Below are positions 37,370-50,038 of a DNA stretch of 64,000 bases, piece by piece. Made by a program: the position numbers and the translations under genes. The stretch is from Ostrea edulis. Lineage: Eukaryota. The notes under the pieces are model-generated. The model did not search any database. It had not been told where the DNA came from and saw nothing but the letters and a program-made list of their open reading frames with translations. The stretch spans positions 29,698,001 to 29,762,000 of the forward strand of contig NC_079164.1 of the NCBI RefSeq assembly GCF_947568905.1. The letters run 5' to 3'. Position 1 is the first letter of the stretch. The number at the start of each line of letters is the position of its first letter.

Positions 37370-37651
37370 GATTGATTGTATATTGTTTAACGTTCCTCTT
37401 GAGAATATTTCACTCATAAATATGGAGACGTCACCAATGCCGGTGAAGAGTTGCAGATTTTAGGCCTATGCATGGCGCTTATAATTACATATTAAATGGC
37501 CATTGAGCTGGGAGGGATCTTAATCGTGCCACACCTGCTGTGACACGGGGCCTCGGTTTTTGCGGTCTCATCCAAAGGACCGTCCCATTTAGTCGCCTCT
37601 TACGACAAGCAAGGGGTACCGAGGACCTATTCTAAAGCGGATCTCCACGGG
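37370..37651 (-). mobile_element. SINE (Deu/Nin-like) inside Tc1
   Basis: Same family as 27830-28092. Confidence 0.8.
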
Positions 37652-37910
37652 ATCGAAAATCACTGCTAGAAAACATTTGGACGGAGATCGAAAGAGTTGA
37701 GCACAGCGGTGAAAAAATGATTATAAAATCTGCGAATCATACACCAAATAAAGCAGAATTGGCGAGGATGTTTGGTATACCTAGGTCGACAATTGAGAGT
37801 ATTTTGGATAAATTCCACAAGCAGGGTACCGTTGAAAACACCCCGAGATCGGGCCGTCGACTTTCGTAAGCAGAAGTTAAGTCGTCTCGCTGAGGCCAAC
37901 AGAAGAAACT

Positions 37911-38374
37911 GTTACATCGGAAATCATCGCTCCATCCCAAATCGTCGCCCTGCATCCGAAATCATCATTAAGGGCGACGATTTGGGATGTACTATAGTAC
38001 ACCCCAAATCGTCGCCAGTCCTAAAACGTCCCCTGCCACTATTTTATTGACGTTTTTAGGATAGATTGCACAGAAGTTATTTCATTGTACCCTCTGTTAT
38101 GGGGGGGGGGGGGGTACGTAGGTTTCACTTGGTCTGTTTGACTGTCTGTCCGCACTCATATCTCTGGTATTTGTTAATCTATTAGACTAAAATTTTGTAT
38201 GTAAATTACAAGTGACCCTCTGACATACCTCCCCAAAAATGAGATTTCTGGAATGAGAGCTAACAGGCGTAATCTAAAATAATCCGAGGTCAATAACAAA
38301 TCTGCTGTGCACAAGACCTAACAACCCCATGATCAGCAGAATGACCCTACAACAAAAGGCGAAATTTGTCGGAC

Positions 38375-38418
<44 letters not shown>

Positions 38419-39165
38419 AGGACTGCTCGAGAACAATTCATATAGAAAACAATGATACCACCACTAACAATAATAATAATAATTGTTTTTATATAGCGCT
38501 TTTCCAGCGTATGCTGCTCAAAGCGCTTTACAATACATTATTACCCCGGCAGACCTTATTATATCAATCTAGAACTTTCTCAGCTTCCTGGGAAGCATAC
38601 AGTGCAAGCTGCCGTTGCAGGTGCTAGAGCACTAACATTTTAACAATATCTTTCAATGTCTATAACCAGGTACCCCTTTTACACTTGGGTGGAGTGAGGA
38701 AATTCATGTAAAGTGCCTTTCCCAAGGACACAACGTCAGCCCTGTCGCGGCCAGGACTCGAACCCACGACCTTTCGGTCGAGAGTCTGACAGCCACCGAC
38801 GCCAAAACAACAAATACAACTTTTTCAATAGTAACAACACCACTGCCAACCAAAACAACAATAACAAATACTGTGATCATAATTAATCTTTTTAAAAACA
38901 TTATACAACAGAACAAGTAAAAGAGGAAGCAGAAGATTCAAATGATTTGCTTATTGGGTCTAGAGAACATTTTGCGGTCATAGCTGGACCACAGAAGAAG
39001 AAGAAGAAAGAGGAGGAGAGGAGAAGGAGTTAACAAACAGGACCAATTTGTATGTAAATGATGTTTCCAAATAGTTGTAGCAAAGGGGACGACAATTTGT
39101 GGTATGAGGTTATGCCCAAATCGTCGCCCGCGACGATTTGGGACGGGCGACGATTGAGGGTGTAA
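37911..39165. mobile_element. Non-autonomous DNA element with repeated CCCAAATCGTCGCC subterminal motifs, splitting the Tc1 ORF
   Basis: Motif clusters in inverted orientation at both ends; the transposase frame resumes after it. Confidence 0.6.
38468..38803 (-). mobile_element. tRNA-headed CORE-type SINE
   Basis: B-box GGTTCGAGTCC, core GTGTCCTTGGGAAAGGCACTTT, (ATT)n tail. Confidence 0.75.
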
Positions 39166-40109
39166 GAGAAACAGTTTAACCGATATAACACGCAATTTAA
39201 ACGAAGGAAGGAGAAGACAATCTAGTGAAAAGACAGTGAAAGTTACATGAAGAAGGGTACGAAAGGAAGCGTGCAAGGAAAACGAAAGTGGTGCGATGTG
39301 TAAACAGAAAAAAGCAGGTTAAATGGATGAAGAAAATATATATATTTTCTGATGAAAGTCAGATTGTGATCGGGACAGATAATCGTGTGTATATAAGGAG
39401 AAAAGACGCTGAAGCAAACAGTCCTCACCTAGTGTGCGCTCCGTCTAAGAGGAGGATATCATTAATGATCTGGGGATGCATGTGTTTTGATGGGATGGGA
39501 ACTATTGTACCTGTAGAAGGTAATATAAATGGTCTAAAATACATAGAAATAGTTGATAACAATTTATGGCCGGTAGTTGCCCGACATTTTCCAAACAAAA
39601 ATTATGTTTATCAAGACGATAATGCCCCTGTACATACATATGTATGGCCCTTGTGGTGAAAAACTACATGACTGAAAATAATATAGCCAGCTCAGTCTCT
39701 AGATCTAAATGTGATTGAAAATGTTTGGTTAAAAATCAAAAGAGAGCTGAAAGTGGTGTGCGCGACTCTAGAGACACGCGATCACGTGTTTGCAGCTATC
39801 AGACAAATATGGGAAAATATCCCCATGGAATACTCTACGCTTCTATTTCAGACAGGATTAAGGAAGTAATCAGTATGAAAGGGAATCTGACAAAATATTA
39901 GGTGAGTGTTTTCAGTTTTAATTACATGAATATCCGTTTAAATCTTCCGTTGTGAACGTAAACAACGCGACGCCATTTTGAAAATGCCGAATACTTTTGT
40001 CCATTGACTGTATATCAAAACTCGGTATAGTCCGAAATATGCAAGGTGAAGATAACGAACAGTGATCAATATGTGATGTTTTTCTGATTCTGATATTCAC
40101 CGTACCATT

Positions 40110-40590
40110 CGCATTATTACGCCTTCTTCTCGCGTTGTAACACCTTCTGAATCCGCGTTAATACGCATTTTTTCCCCTCGATTACGCCTTTGATTCGCGT
40201 TATTACGCTTGTTTCGCGTTTTATAACGCCTTTGTTATGCATTATTGCGCTTTCTTTTATATCCACGTTATTATGCCCTTTTTGTATTATTGTATTATTA
40301 AGCCTTTGTTTTGCTAAATATCACGCCTTTCTTTCTCGTTATCATGCCTTTAATCGCTTTTCTTTCGCGTTACTACTCCTTTGTTTCGGTAATTACGCCT
40401 TTCTTTCGCGTTATAATGCCTTTTTTATGCATTCCCTTTTAAATCCGCCTTATTACGCCTTTGCTTTGCATTACTGCGCCTTTGTTTCGCATTAAATGCC
40501 TTTCCTTTACGTTATTACACCTTTGCTTCGCGTTATTATGCCTTTACTTTGCCTTACAACGCCTTTGATTTGCATCAATACGCCTTTAGA
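40110..40590. repeat. Degenerate minisatellite, about 22-bp unit (ttacgcctttgtttcgcgtta)
   Basis: More than 15 imperfect copies visible. Confidence 0.8.
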
Positions 40591-40639
40591 AATATGTTTT
40601 GTTTTCTAAGGGATCCTAATCGGCTTCCGTAATGAACGC

Positions 40640-40985
40640 TTGGTAATATTTTCTTTCGAGGTAAATGATCTGGAAAAACACAATCTATAATTAAATTATA
40701 TATCCATTTTATCTCAGTTATTTACATGTATATCAAAATGATCTGAATAAAACAACGATCATTAGGCTGAATGCTGTCTGACGCGTTTAACATACTGATT
40801 TTGACTACGGATCAATCTGCTTACCTGATCTCGAGATAGGACTCACGGTGTAACTGGTCAAGAAGGGATGCTTACTCCTCCTAGACACTTGACCCCGGCT
40901 TTGGTGTGTCCAGGGTTCCGTGCTTGCTCTACTCTTAATTTTGTATTCATTATGGGATTTATCAAATTAATCACTATTCGTTATA
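40640..40985 (+). mobile_element. Non-LTR retrotransposon 3' fragment; shorter copies at 43335-43483 (-), 60436-60562 (-), 48893-48924 (+), 40048-40078 (-)
   Basis: Shared 3' sequence ending GATCACTGTTCGTTATCTTCACC, variably 5'-truncated. Confidence 0.6.
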
Positions 40986-41187
40986 AACATCAAGTAATCG
41001 TTGATATTTCAACGTTGGATTATCATTGATGTTCAATGTTGATTCAATATACATTGTATATATTGAATCACGAATTATTTGAAATTTGGCAATAATCGAA
41101 AAAGATTTAGAATTTCAATCGTTTAATTGCATCCCAATACCTATTGCTTTATAAAAATCTGGACAATTCTTTGATTTCATTTCTTGT

Positions 41188-41213
41188 TTAACTCACCTGA
41201 GCCAAAGGCTCAT

Positions 41214-41246
<33 letters not shown>

Positions 41247-41282
41247 TGTCGGTGTCGTCGTTGTAAACTTTTCACATTTTCA

Positions 41283-41326
<44 letters not shown>

Positions 41327-41977
41327 CAAAAGCATTCTTGGGTAAAGGACTTTCAAGTTTGTTCAAATGAAGGGCCATGTCCCTTTCAAAGGGGAAATAA
41401 TCATTGGGTAGAGTCATTTAAAAATCTTCTTAAGAACCAGTGGGCCAGAAGAGCTAAGATTTACATGAAAGCTTCCCGACATATAGTGCAGATTTAAATT
41501 TCTTCAAATCATGGCCCTGGGGGTAGGTTGGGGCCACAATAGGGGATCAAAGTTTTACATGGCAATATACATGTACATGTATAGGGAAAATCTTTAAAAA
41601 TCTTCTTCTCAAGAACCAATGAGCCAGAAGAGCTGAGATCTACATGAAAGCTTCCTGACATAGTGCAGATTCAAGTTCCTTCAAATGGTGGCCTCCGGGT
41701 GTAGGTTGGGGTCACAATAGGGGATCAAAGTTTTACATGAGAATAAATAGAGAAAATCTTTAAACATCTTCTTCTTAAGAACCATTGAGCCAAAGAAATT
41801 GACATTTATATGAAAGCTTTCTGACATAGTGCAGATTCAAGTTTGTAAAAATCATGACCCCCAGGGATAGTTGGGCCACAATAGGGACTAAGGTTTTACA
41901 TGCAAATATATATGAAAAGTCTTCAGATAAGGGCCAAGGTGACTCAGGTGAGTGATGTGGCCCATGGGTCTCTTGTT
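41188..41977 (+). mobile_element. HINE with Cg170-type array
   Basis: Same termini and monomer as 8479-9407. Confidence 0.85.
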
Positions 41978-42329
41978 CTTTTATATTCTATATCTAAAAG
42001 TACAATTGTATTATAATGATTAAAAGCACAGTTTTGAAAAGTGTACACACACCGTGACACTTGTTAGAGACACTTGCAGCCCATTAAAGGGATATGGACA
42101 CAATTTGAGTTGAAAATTTTAAAAATTAAGAATGAATGGAGTCACGGGTGATGGAGAGAAGCGTAATCAACCGTGGGTTTTCGACGATGGAATACAAATA
42201 GCTTATGAGCATAAAAGTTTTGTACAATGAAATTTTTTTATCAACAACGTAGTGAACATATATAAATTCATAAATCAAGATGGCTTTCCTTTAATCTCTT
42301 CATTTCTTCTTTCAGTTTTTTTGGTCTCC

Positions 42330-43037
42330 TCCTCCCACTGGCTGACGTTCCTCTTCTTGGGCTTCACTATTACTTCGACCCGTTGTTTAGCTAGTTATCA
42401 TTGGACAAGAAAACCACATACAACTCTAGCTTTCACTCTTCCTCTGGAACGGGGAGGGTCTCCTTGGGAGGGGGACACTCCGCTGCAGAGCGTCTGAACC
42501 TCCAGACTTTGTCTACCGGTGGGGTTCCCATTCGGTCATCAAAAGGTTGCCGTGAGATTGCTGGTCTGCTGGGAGCCCAATTCCTCCTGCTGAGTTCATG
42601 TTGAGAACTGATCTAACCAGCTTCCTATGAAGATTTTTTCCATTTTGATTTTCTGTGCCGCCGCGGTACTCGAAAAAAAAAAACTCAGGGTCAACGAACT
42701 TTGTGTTTCGTTTTTTTTTTTTTGTTGGTCATCTGACATTTTGCCATTATGTTCTCCCTTCCTCTAGCATCCGTCTCGTGCTTGTTCCTTATATGGGTAC
42801 GCATGTCAGCCTTTCTACCACAACTTGCTTAGCAACCCATCACCGCACACTGGTAGGATGTATTCACCTGGCGATGACGCTCGTCCCAGTGACGGAAGTA
42901 GCGAACCAAGATTCCGAGCAACCAAATATCGGACATTCCATGTTGTCAGAATAGAAAAATTCCGTCTTATTTTCTATCTCCAGAAACATGCCATCATCGT
43001 CATCGACGGAAGTGTCAATTCTGCATTCATCATTATT
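42330..43037 (-). pseudogene. Gypsy-3 accessory zinc-finger ORF remnant
   Basis: T-rich tgtag| acceptor at 43038-43039; MECPIFGC..(frameshift)RHWDERH and YQCAVMGC*ASCGRKADMRTHIRNKH (42941-42778). Confidence 0.7.
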
Positions 43038-45521
43038 CTACACTAATAAATAAATAACATTATTTTATGGATTTATTTCAATTTCTTAAATTATCTCCCC
43101 ACTACCTTTAAAAACTAATTCAAATACATATTCGGGTCATCTAGCAATAATTTAATATTAGTTATCGTAATTCCACAAACCATAACGATCTGGGTTTTTG
43201 ATTTTGTCTTCCAGATTTTGTTATTTCAGTAATTCAGAGATTACTGGCACTCTCATCTTGCTATATTTCGTTTTCTTCTACATCGTCGACGGTTAGAAAT
43301 TTACGATCAGATTTATCTAACTTCAAGTGATCAATGAAAGGTGAAGATAATGAACAGTGATCAATCTCCTAGAAGCAATACAAAATAGATAGTTGGGCAA
43401 ACACAGACCCCTGGACACACCAGAGGTGAGGTCAGGTGCCTAGGAAGAGTAATCATCCCCTGTCGACCGGTCACACCCGCCGTGATGAATGATCTATTTT
43501 TGATTTATTTCCGTCTATTTCGCGGATTTCATATGTGACGTCGGAGAAGCGCTGGACCACTTCGTAAGGTTCTGTCCATCCTAGGGACAATTTTTGTCTC
43601 GATCTTGGAATGCTCCATTTCTGAACTCCTACATTTTGATCGTGATATTTATTCTGTTTCTCAAAACCGAGATCAATGCACATTGAGATGCCGTATTCAT
43701 AGTATGTCACATCCATTCTATGTGTTCAATTGGACACTGTTTATCCATTTCATTTGATGACCTTCCTACAGGTAAATCAATTGAAACTGAAACTTCTCTG
43801 CCTAGCATCAATAAGTTCGGTGCGCATTTAGTAATTTCGGAAGTCTGTATGGTGTAGTTCTGCTCTTGATTTATCCCGAGAAGAGAACACATTTCTGAGA
43901 AAACTCAGCTTCAAACTCCCTCCAGGGATCAGTATGTGTCCTGTATGACACTCCATATCTGCAAATGTACTCAGTGACCACAATGTCCGCAACAATTTGA
44001 GCTTTCATCCATTTGGAGAAATAGTCTCCGACTACGAGAATACATTTATTTCCTTTATCTGTATATGGCAGTGGACCCAATATATCAATTGCTATGCATT
44101 CCATCGGGTAAGTGAACGTGTTGCGTTTCACTGGTTATTTCCCGGAACCAATCTTTTTCTGTTCACAAAGATTGCAGGTATCACATCATTAGTCATACCA
44201 GCTAGGCCAGTAGAAACGAGTTTGAATTTGTTTTCAATGCTTTTGTTAATCTAAGAGACAGGTATGCAGCTGTTTCATTATCTCAGAACGAACTGATGAT
44301 GGTGCAACAACCTGATTCATTACTATTCATTTTTCTTCATCATTCCAAGTTCTATAAAGCAATCCATTTTCCTTCTTTAGCTTATCCCATTGCTGTTGCA
44401 ATTGGGATACACTATTGGTGGCGATGTTTATTCTTGGTTTTTCTGTTTTGTCTATCATATATTTCATAACGCATTGAATGTTTTCGCCCCTTTCTTGCAG
44501 CTCTTACTATTCCATAGCTCAGTTCAGTTTGATTCTTCAGTGACAATAGCTGCTAGTAGATTTTGTTCAGTAGGTCCGGAAGAAACAGCTGTAGTTGTTA
44601 CGGCATTATTACCATCTTGACCATTCGTTATCAGCATACATTCAGGACAATCTGTTCGTTTGCATTTCCTAAATGGAGCTCGTGAAAATGCATTTTGGTG
44701 TGCTGTTTCTTTCCTATGATCGATCTTGAAATCATATGTGTCCAGACAACTCTCCCTGGTTCCTTAAAAATTTAAGCCAGGTTAAGGAGTAAGAAAGGTC
44801 GTCCAAATAAACGATGCCTGAATTGTTTGACAAAAGGGACTGCTGCTAAGAGTTTTTGATATGTTGTGCAATATCTACGTTGTGATTTAGACAGAGGTTT
44901 ACTCCCATAAGCTATAACCCCCTCTTTTCCATTCCGTAACTTGAAATTACGCCTCCTATTCCGTAACCATTGACACGCGTATCCAGGATGAAACGTTCAA
45001 TTTGGGTGGGGTAAGCTAAAATTGGTGCAGTTGCCAATTTATCCTTCAAGTTATTGAATGCATAATTGCAATTACCAGTTAATATGAACTTTACATTCTT
45101 TTGTGTCAGTCTAGTCAAAACATAGGGAATTGATGACAAGTTTACCTAGGAAACTTCTTAAGCTGGTTAGATCGGTAGATGTTCGCCAGTTTTTAACAGA
45201 AGCGATCTTTTTAGGGTCACAAGCAATCTCTTTCTCTGAAACAACGAATCCCAAATAACAAACTTTATTAATGAAGAGACAGTATTTCTTCGGCTTTAGT
45301 TTGAGATTTGCGGACTTGAATCTACTGAATACAAGTTTCCAGTTTTCAAGCGTTTCATGAAAAGTTTCCCCAAATACAACAACGTCATCTAGATAGACCA
45401 GGCATCCTTCCCTCTGTAGTCCATGTATATGTTGGTAAACCGTTTTTCGAGTACCAAGATATTTGGTGCTGAGCGAAGCGAGGGACCAAATCAAGTGGCG
45501 AGAGAAAAGTTAGATCACACT

Positions 45522-46426
45522 TAGTACATGTTTCACACGAGAAATGAAAACTCTATTTAATTTATTATAACCCTTTCATATTTGTTATTCTTTATTGAAG
45601 ATCATCAGCATTTATGTTGATTGGCGCAATTTTGTATTGGCTGGGGTTGATAATTTGTGCCCTCAAGGGGAGTTTACCTGTATTCAACAACCAGGTGAGG
45701 GTACGCAGTGAGTAGTTTTCAAGTATTATTTTTTTTGGTACACACTCAATAGGGTCTGCCATGTTTTTTCAAATGGATTTAAGTTAAGAACTTATCAAAA
45801 ACTATTCTTTTGGACATGTTCGGACATACTTTCATGCGTTTCCTATACATCATTTCTGAAAATGATCTTGAAAACAGACTATCTGGGTGACCAACAAAAA
45901 CGGATCACATATGCTGATAGAGTGATATAAAACTGTCCCTGTGTCTTTTAAATTTGTTTCAAATGATAGATTGCTGGATGTATCGCGTTGTGACCGACGA
46001 CCGAACACAAGATGGTGAATACACATCCTATACTATTTTCATGAAGCGTTAGTAATGGGGCATAACAGATACCTCAGTGATAGAGAGAGAAGGAAAGAGA
46101 GAGAGAGGAAGAGAGAGATGGAGAGAATAAATATATCTCAAATAGAGCATGTTTGATCTTATGTTTCTGTTGGTCGCCCAAGGCACCCAATTTTTTTTTT
46201 TTTTTTTATATTCAATGTTCCATACCAATTCTTCCCGTGGGGATCCGGGTTAGAATAAGTGCTCAGTACTCCTTGCTTGTCGTAAGAGACGACTAAATGG
46301 GGCGGTCCTTCGGATGAGACCGAAAAAACCGAGGTCCCGCGTCACAGCAGGTGTGGCACTATAAAGATCCCTCCCTGCTCAAAGGCCGTAAGCACCGAGC
46401 ATAGGCCTAAATTTTGCAGCCCTTCA

Positions 46427-46466
<40 letters not shown>

Positions 46467-46696
46467 GGAGAGACGTTAAACAATATACAATCAATCCATA
46501 CCAATTCTTGTAATTGACACACCGTATTTAGAAAGTGCGATGCCCTTATTTGATTGTTACCAATCATTGATAATTATTGGTTTAATAATTATAAAGACAA
46601 TGACACGGTTACCCAACCATGAAACTTGGACTTGGAGTATACCAAGTTATTTTGTACACGCAAAAATCTTTTGTTCAAGGTGTGAAACATGTACTA
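45522..46696. mobile_element. TAG-terminal (Academ-like) non-autonomous element inserted in Gypsy-3 RT
   Basis: TIR TAGTACATGTTTCACAC / GTGTGAAACATGTACTA. Confidence 0.6.
46234..46496 (+). mobile_element. SINE (Deu/Nin-like), full unit
   Basis: 13-bp TSD CATACCAATTCTT. Confidence 0.85.
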
Positions 46697-48939
46697 ATTA
46701 ATGTTAGTTCCATCAAACGTTCAAACTATTTGACAACCCAAAGGGCATGTCCTCCATGGCGACTTGCCAAAATCCACTCGTCAAATCTAAAGTAAAAAAA
46801 AAAAACTTAGTGCCTGAGACCGAGCTTATTGATTCGTAGATTTTTGGCAGCGGGTAAGTATCTTTTATGACTACTGAATTTAACTTACTAAAATCAACAC
46901 AAAAAGCATCTTCGCTAGCCAAGGGCCGTCATGGGGAGCGGAGTGGACCGAAAACCCTTGGCTATCGAAGATGCACAAAAAGATGTTGTTTCATTCTTGT
47001 TCTTTGCTAGCACTATCGTCAAAGCACAAGGACTGTTTCTACTCTCAGTGATACCATTATCTAGCATATTGTTGATCTCTTGTTCAGCGACTTCTTTTCG
47101 ATGTATTGGTAAATCTTCGAGGTTGTAATTTGATTGGCTTGACATTCCCAACATCAATTCGATGCTTCAAAATATCTGTTTGTTCTAGTGTATTGTTCGG
47201 ACAAACAAAAATATCCGCGTATTATAATATAGTCTCCTTGAGTTCATTTTTCTCATCGTTATTGAGTTTCTTTGACGAATTTTCAAGTAGGCGCTAAGTG
47301 TTCGGGTAAATTGGAAGTTCGTTTTACAGATAAGTGTTCCTCCTCTGATACGCAATTTACAAAGCATTCAGCCTTGTAAGTGGTCGCAACTTTGACTCTG
47401 CAGGCAACAGAATAGGGTGATTATTGGATTCAGTATGGAAATAATAACTCTGTTAGATGGACAAACTACTGACTTATGTATCAGAACAGGATGTTCCCTT
47501 TGAAAATCCTTACAAGGCTTTACATTGTATAATGCCTTCTGAACTCCAGGGAAAATGTCCTACTATTTTGCATATACATGTAGTAAGAATTTCGGTGTTG
47601 GAGGTTCTGTTATTGAATTGCTGAGACACTTGTTAATTGAAAATTTCTTTTTCTGAAGCTGCATTTCAAACAGCGATGATTTCATTTTTCCCGCACCAGT
47701 GTTTATCAATATCCTTTGTTGAGCAAGAAAATCAAGTCCAAGTATACCACCTGGAAATCCTCCTAATTCTGCCACTATCACCGAGTGTGCGAATTCTTGA
47801 TCTTTCAATGACACATGTCTTTCTGTAGCTGGTTTCCCCTTCAGCTGTCATCACTGTTGTATCAATTGAGGTCAACTGAGCTGAACTTAAAGCAACATAT
47901 CTAGTTGAATCTGTGCATGTTTGTTGGATATGAGAGTAACCACCGGTCCAGTATCCACTAACAATGTCACTTGCTTCCCATCAACTTGATTTTACTGCTG
48001 CTAGTTTGATTTTACTTGGTGACCTCAATGAAATATCTTTATTATTTACTTTCTTTTGTGCTGAACAGTTGGCCTCTTGCTCAGTCCGTTCCTGTTAAAA
48101 GGCTGATCAACTTCCTTATTAGACGCTTGGTTATCCGATATTTGTTCCTCCTTAGACCTTTCTCTCTTGAGACAGTTTGTACTGATGTGACCTTCTTGTC
48201 CACGTGAATAACAGGGTTTTTTGTCTTTTTCTTTTCAGTGTTAAATGCTTCCCTATTCGAAGTCAGTTTTTAAGTTCTACTGATATGACCTTCTTGTCCA
48301 CGTGAATAACAGGGTTTTTTGTCTTTTTCTTTTCGGTGTTAGATGCTTCCCTATTCAAAGTCAGTTTTTAAATACACCTCTGTTAATTCGATTTATCGTT
48401 CCGTTGTTTATGACGTAACATATCGTCGCTTTGTTACGAAATGTAAAACTTGAAGATTGAAAATGAAGGCGTTTACTAAACATTGCCGTGTTTCTTGACG
48501 CAAGCGTCAAACTCTTCAAATTAGACGTAACAAAATGATGTAAAGCAAACCTTCTGAAAGCTTTATGATTTTTATATCATTTAATCTTACACATTAAACG
48601 TTTTTTCATTGGTTGACAAATGAGTGGTATATCGTATCCAACGAAAAAAAAAATCCGAAACTGTTTTCTATTGAAATTTTGGGGATTTATCTGGATGCTC
48701 CATATTTATAGATCTGTTTATTGATTGAGAATCCTGAAAAGGAAAACTTAACAGTTCTATTGATCTAAATAAATTTATTCAACAACAAAAAACCAAACAA
48801 ACAAATATCAAATATAAATAATAAACAATTGATTATGCAAAATGAAATAAACATAGTTATTTGAAGACAAAAAGGAGAAAATAACACACAACAGATTGAT
48901 CACTGTTCGTTATCTTCACCTTGCATCTGCTTCTGCAAT

Positions 48940-49200
48940 TCTGAGAGTCAAATGTACTCAACCAGGGATGGCAATAGTCCAGTTCGCACCCTGTGACAAC
49001 TTCTTCATGTCACAAACCCAAATGCCAAATACATCGCACATTGCACATTGCCTCAGAACGACTACAATATTCAAGCCCTTAACGACGATGGTTTCGAAAT
49101 CCGGCATGGTATATCCATGAGTGGACACCGAAACGAGGCTTCCGTAGGACTTTACAACAGCAGTGACGCCTTAGCAATTCACTGGAAAAACTTGAAAAAC
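48940..49200 (+). pseudogene. Crypton-type tyrosine recombinase C-terminal remnant
   Basis: After removing a 7-bp duplication and a 2-bp insertion: YIAHCLRTTTIQALNDDGFEIRH..SMSGHRNEASV..Y (HxLR, GH, Y catalytic motifs). Confidence 0.65.
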
Positions 49201-49474
49201 CCTCTGTTGTCCACCTGGAAGCCGTGACAACTCTCAAGAGAACCCTGTCTATCTGGTCTCTGATCGCATCATGATCATGCAGATGTTCAACGCTTGCCGT
49301 TAGTACCGACATCGAACCATTGACTTAATTTCAGTTCCGCTCACAAAATTCCAGCAATTTTCTCTCATCCTCTTAAATCAAGAATTTTCAGTCCACAAGA
49401 ATCCTGTTTGCTCAACAGTTCGTGGAAGCCGCCATATCAATGGATATAGTTGACGTTTTAAAGATCAAATGCAA

Positions 49475-50015
49475 ATAAAGGATACTCTCTCCTCTTTCCT
49501 TTTCTCATCTCTCTACTTTACTATTCTCTGTCTTTTACTTTCTTTTTTCCCTACCTCTCCTCTTTTTATCCCCTCTACTCTCTCTGATTCTCTCCCCTCT
49601 ACTCTTTTCTTCTCACCTCTCTTCTCTACCTTCTCGTCTCCTCTCTCCTCCTCTTCTCTCTCCTCATCTCCATAGTCTGCTATTGCTCTTCTCTTCTTCT
49701 CTTTTCTCTCCTCTACTCTCCCCATTTCTCTCTCCTCTATACTCTTTCCTCTTTCCTTGTCTCTCCTTTACTCTCTACTCTCTCTTCCTCTCTGTACCCT
49801 TCTCTCTCATCTTCTTTCTCCATTACTCTCTTCTCCTTTTCCCTTTCTCTCTCTGCTTCTCTACTCTTTCTTCTACTCTCTCCTCTTCTCTTTCCCCTTC
49901 TCTTCTATTTCCTCTACTCTCTTCTCCTCTACTCTCTCCTCCTCTATTCTCTCCTCTAACCTATCATTTTCTCTCTCTACTCTTTCCTCTTCTCTTTCAT
50001 CCTCCCCCTCCCGCC
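49475..50015. repeat. About 540-bp CT-rich polypyrimidine low-complexity tract
   Basis: Almost exclusively C/T on the plus strand. Confidence 0.95.
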
Positions 50016-50038
50016 CCCTTTTTACTCTGGTCCCCTAA

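Larger units (their letters stand above)
37177..40010 (+). mobile_element. Tc1/mariner element with disrupted transposase
   Basis: 30-bp TIR CAGTCAATGGACAAAAGTATTCGGCATTTT, TA flanks; HTH (ELARMFGIPRSTI), FSDES, QDDNAPVH, DLNVIENVW. Confidence 0.9.
42330..48200 (-). mobile_element. Gypsy-3: old, heavily decayed Gypsy element
   Basis: Fragments VDTG/ILGLDFL protease, KDTYPLP/LDLTSGFWQ and YLDD RT, FILDT RNase H, IDILGPLP/HTD integrase; LTRs not resolved. Confidence 0.85.

Noticed and set aside
46234-46310. HDV-like or twister ribozyme at the SINE 5' end
   Set aside because: The nested P1/P2/P3 order and conserved loops could not be satisfied.
48181-48370. About 98-bp direct repeat as Gypsy-3 LTR
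   Set aside because: Adjacent tandem duplication; no partner at the other end, no PBS or TSD.
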